Shown here: positions 60,243-64,000 of the stretch, in pieces
How positions within the stretch are numbered: position 1 is the stretch's first letter
How the letters are laid out: every line of letters starts with the position of its first letter
DNA from: Octopus bimaculoides
Lineage: Eukaryota
Reading direction: 5' to 3'
Length of the DNA stretch: 64,000 nt
NCBI RefSeq assembly: GCF_001194135.2
Contig: NC_068985.1
Location: forward strand, 118,498,792-118,562,791
Translations under genes and position numbers: made by a program
Notes under the pieces: model-generated
Database searches by the model: none
What the model was told of the DNA's origin: nothing
What the model saw: the letters and a program-made list of their open reading frames with translations, nothing else

Positions 60243-60941
60243 GCACACACACTCACACGCATCCACATAGATGTCCAGATGCACATAAATGATATGTATG
60301 ATTTATTAATAAGCTAAAGTTGTTCAAAGAATATATTTGTATATATTAAATGTAAAAGTGTTCACAGACAAAAAGCAAAAACAGAAAATACAGAATAGTA
60401 ATAATGATGATGATAATAATAATAATATAAAAAAGCAAGAATCAGATTCCTTTTTCTCATGTTTTATTGCTTTGTGTGTCTCTGTGTTTACATTTAATTC
60501 ATACATACATCATCATCATCAGCAACACCCGTTTTCCATGCTGGCATGGATTGGATGGTTTGACATGAGCTGGCTAGACACCAGTCTGTTTTGGCAGGGT
60601 TTTTACAGCTGGATACCCTTCCTAACACCAACCACATTTCAGAATGTGTATGTGTGTGTGTGTATATATATCACTGGCATATGTATATATCACTTTGCCC
60701 AACACAATTACCAATGAGGAACTTTTGTTATTCCTCAGATTGCTAGAAATTGTAACTAAATCCCACTGTATCTTTGTAGAGATGCCCTTGAAAATAATTG
60801 ATGGGATAGTCATTACTGGAATGCTTTTCATAACTGGTCAGCTTATTCAGTGCTTGGAGGGAACCAAACCAAACCACTGCTACCAGTGCCAGTCATGAAG
60901 AAACTTAGGAAATGCTTTCATTGTTGAAGCCTACTGTTTCA

Positions 60942-61316
60942 TTCTTTTATTATTTTCAGTCATTTGACTGTGGCCATGCTGTAGCACCGCCTTTAGTCGA
61001 ACAAATTAACCCCAGGACTTATTCTTTGTAAGTCTAGTACTTATTCTATCAGTCTCTTTGCCAAACTGCTAAGTTATGGGGACGTAAACACATCGACATT
61101 CGTTGTCAAGCGATGTTGGGGTGACAAACACAAACACACACACAAATGTATACGACCTGCTTCTTTCAGTTTCCGTCTAACAAATCCACTCACAAGGCTT
61201 TAATCAGCCTGAGGCTATAGTAGAAGACACGTGCCCAAGGTGCCACACAGTGGGACTGAACCTGGAACTATGTGGTTGGTAAGCAAGCTACCTACCACAC
61301 AACTACTCTTGCGTCT
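60942..61316 (-). mobile_element. SINE-A full-length
   Basis: Tail, short (CA)n and head. Confidence 0.85.
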
Positions 61317-61366
61317 ATGAAGATTATATTTTCAGAAAATTATCCTGATTTGTTTTTAGGTTGTAT

Positions 61367-61680
61367 CATCATCATTGTCATCATTAACATCATCATCATT
61401 GTCATCATTAACATCATCATCATCGTCATCATTAACATCATCATCATCGTCATCATACATCTGGTTTCCCTGCTGATAGGGATTGAGTGTGTTGTCACAG
61501 TCTGAGTCATTATTCAGACTTACTGCCCTCCTAGATGGGTCAGATGACCACCTCTCACTTGAACATGTCATTTTTATTGTGATTTGTATGGTTGCATGTC
61601 CCTTCTTAACACCAACCACATTACCAAGTGTGCTGGGTCCCTTTTGTCATAACACTAGCACAGGAGAAATTGTCATAGGC
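61367..61680 (-). mobile_element. RTE-type 3' end whose tail became a 24-bp minisatellite (61367-61455)
   Basis: 4x atcatcatcat(t/c)gtcatcattaac, then cccttcttaacaccaaccac. Confidence 0.55.
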
Positions 61681-62495
61681 TTGATAAGACTAAAGAGTCC
61701 TCTTGACTCTGTGTTATTTTCATTTAATTGCTAACTACTATACAGAGTGGCTATTCATATCTCAATGTTTTGTTTTAATCTAATCCAGAAACAAAGTTTG
61801 CTTGCTTGAATCGAGTTTGAGACCATCTATGAGTTTATGAGTAAGAAAATTGAAGATGGTCAGAGATCAAACAGATTGAAAGACAGATATAACTATTGTA
61901 TATGTATGCTGTAAAGATATTTATGGGCAAATATACTGTATGGATATTATATATATATATATATATATACAATATATAGATGAACTTAATTCATGGAGAA
62001 AAGATAATCCTAATCCACAGCTTCTCGGTTTCAGGCATTACACATACACACACATACACACACATACACAGATGCACACATACAGATGCATGCGTGCACA
62101 CACACACATATGCATGCACTGTAAAGTATCTGAGATACTTTTATTCATGTTGATCCTTTTTATACCCATGCCACTGGCCACTCTGTTCCCTTATCTCTTT
62201 CAGTTGAAGTTTGCAAACATGTCGACAACTGTTCTCTTGTTTCTGCACAATCAGACTGATTTAATGACATATCAATTTCAGAGAATTAATTATTTTTGAG
62301 GTTATCTCCTTTTGTCATTTGGAGTTGATTGCAGTTGTCTTGAGGCATTTGTTTTCTCTTCTCCTGCGAGAAAGATGATTTGAATAAATCAAGAACTTAA
62401 GAATTTGTTTTGTATGGTATTTAATATACCTTTATTCATCTTCATTGTTTATATTCCATACCACTGACTGCTCAGAGTTTTGTCTCTTAGCACCT

Positions 62496-62554
<59 letters not shown>

Positions 62555-62558
<4 letters not shown>

Positions 62559-62710
62559 ATTGCAGCATGGAAGGTGTTTATAAGCCATTTAAAATAACAC
62601 ACAAAATCCGTTAGATTCACTTCAACATTTAAATTTAATTTGTCAAAATATTTTCGTCGCTTTGAGACCGTGACCTGTTCACTGACAAAGTTCTGTGCTG
62701 CATCTGAGAA
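62555..62710 (-). mobile_element. Penelope-like terminal (pLTR) fragment in TA/CA microsatellite
   Basis: Carries a minimal hammerhead followed by an AT-rich 3' segment. PLE assignment is inferred from the hammerhead architecture. Confidence 0.5.
62639..62689 (-). ncRNA. Small type-I hammerhead ribozyme variant with G3:C8 core
   Basis: TTTGTCA-GTGAACA-G-GTCAC(GGTCTCAAA)GCGAC-GAAA-A(TA)TT-T-TGACAAA. Confidence 0.65.
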
Positions 62711-62994
62711 AGTAATAGTTAATTCATGATATATATGTACGTATATATGTGTGTATGTATGTATGCATGTATGTCTGTATGTGCGTGTACATGTGTGCGC
62801 GTATGCATCTGTGTATATGCGTATGAATGCGTGCATGCCTATACGCATGTATGTATGTGAGTATGCACATATGTACTTATGGATGTAGATGAGTAATCGG
62901 GAACAAACAACATTGCCTGCATGATAGTGATGCTCACTAACAGCATCATGTGATGTCAAGACAATGGTACATACACACACACGCACACTCATAC

Positions 62995-63150
62995 GAGGGA
63001 CTTCTTTCAGTTTCCATCTATTAAATCCACTTTCAAGGCTTTGATTGACTCGGGGGTATAGTAGATGTTTCTCCATGGTACTGCTCAGTGGGGTTGAGTT
63101 CAAGACCACATGGTCGTGGAAGCAAGCTTCTTAACCATGCAGCCACATGT
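62995..63150 (-). mobile_element. SINE-A 5' half
   Basis: gacttctttcagtttcc...ttaaccatgcagcca. Confidence 0.65.
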
Positions 63151-63956
63151 TCAACCCATGCCAGTATGGAACATAGATGTTAAATAATGATGATGATGAT
63201 GATGATGATATATATATGCTGACTCTCTTACTTGAAGTTCCCTATTGTTCATTCAGCTGTAGCTAATCTGTTAACACAACAACCCACTCCCTAATTTCAA
63301 TCTGATGATGGCTTCTAATGTCTAAAACTCCCATTCCACTTAGTCTTTTAGCTGAGTAGATCCATCCCTTTTCTGTACTATTCTGACTTTGTGAAATTTA
63401 ATAATATTCATTTTAATGGGTGGAACAACTGATTAATTTGACTGCTTTTTATTTTTAACCCCCACCCTCCTGCATTGAAAAAGGATGATAGGTAGATTCT
63501 TCTCTGATTAGGTTTGAACTCGGAATGTAAAGAGATGTAACTAGATAATGCATTTGCATTTTTGTCTGTTGCTTTACCATTTCTGCCACTTCACTGCTCT
63601 TATGTGGCATTTAATAATGTAAAATTTGTTAAAAAGCTTTCCAATTGTAGATCTAAGCAGATATGCATAAACGAAGTGCTGTAAATCTGTTCTCTCTCTC
63701 TCTCTCTTTTCCTATTTCTTCTTCTTACTTCTCTCTATCCATCTGTATGCATGCATGTGCACATGTGTGTGTGTGTGTATGTAAGAGAGAGTGGGGAGAA
63801 AGTTTTTCCATTTTATTAGTTTTATGTCCAAATGCATCTGTGTGGTTCCTGTTCATTGAACCTGTTGGAATAACCAATTTCTACTCACTCCTCTACAAAT
63901 TCATTATTTTTAGAGATGATCACATATAATAGCCTCTGTCCGTGTGTGTGCTGATG

Positions 63957-64000
<44 letters not shown>

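Noticed and set aside
60644-60898. Coding-looking ORFs on both strands
   Set aside because: No recognisable motif. They start in a microsatellite or RTE tail.
63298-63330. CTGATGA...TAAAAC hammerhead-like string
   Set aside because: GAAA is missing, and stems I and III do not pair.
1-64000. CRISPR arrays, operons or other prokaryotic systems
   Set aside because: There are no regularly spaced repeat-spacer units or cas-like ORFs. The sequence is eukaryotic TE and microsatellite DNA.

Overview
This is eukaryotic, AT-rich, repeat-saturated draft-assembly sequence with 12 N-gaps. It shows no prokaryotic features and no CRISPR array. The repeat content resembles octopus (coleoid cephalopod) genomes: Dong/R4 LINEs in (TAA)n, RTE LINEs with (GAT)n tails, tRNA-derived SINEs with internal microsatellites and Nin-like SINEs. 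The organism assignment is an inference. I can support only one host coding exon: 52935-53129 (+), 195 nt, phase 0/0, encoding TM1-TM2 of a TspanC8-type tetraspanin (Tspan5/14/17/33-like). The rest is probably intron or intergenic DNA made of nested TE debris: RTE, Dong/R4, Tx1, Penelope, Helitron, Tc1, maT/mariner, hAT, piggyBac-like MITEs, three SINE families (my labels SINE-A, -B, -C) and a decayed 5S rRNA copy. Almost all ORF-track entries are microsatellite, gap or antisense artefacts. The most interesting signal is a small, well-paired hammerhead-ribozyme motif at 62639-62689 (-) in a Penelope-like terminal fragment. Its catalytic-core C3:G8 pair is swapped to G3:C8, and several decayed hammerheads lie elsewhere in the window. 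Also notable are a Gly->Val change in the tetraspanin GCxGA motif, a 5S fragment next to a tRNA-SINE, a multi-hairpin unclassified repeat and several strong fold-backs. All structures were paired by eye, and TE boundaries are approximate unless TSDs are given.
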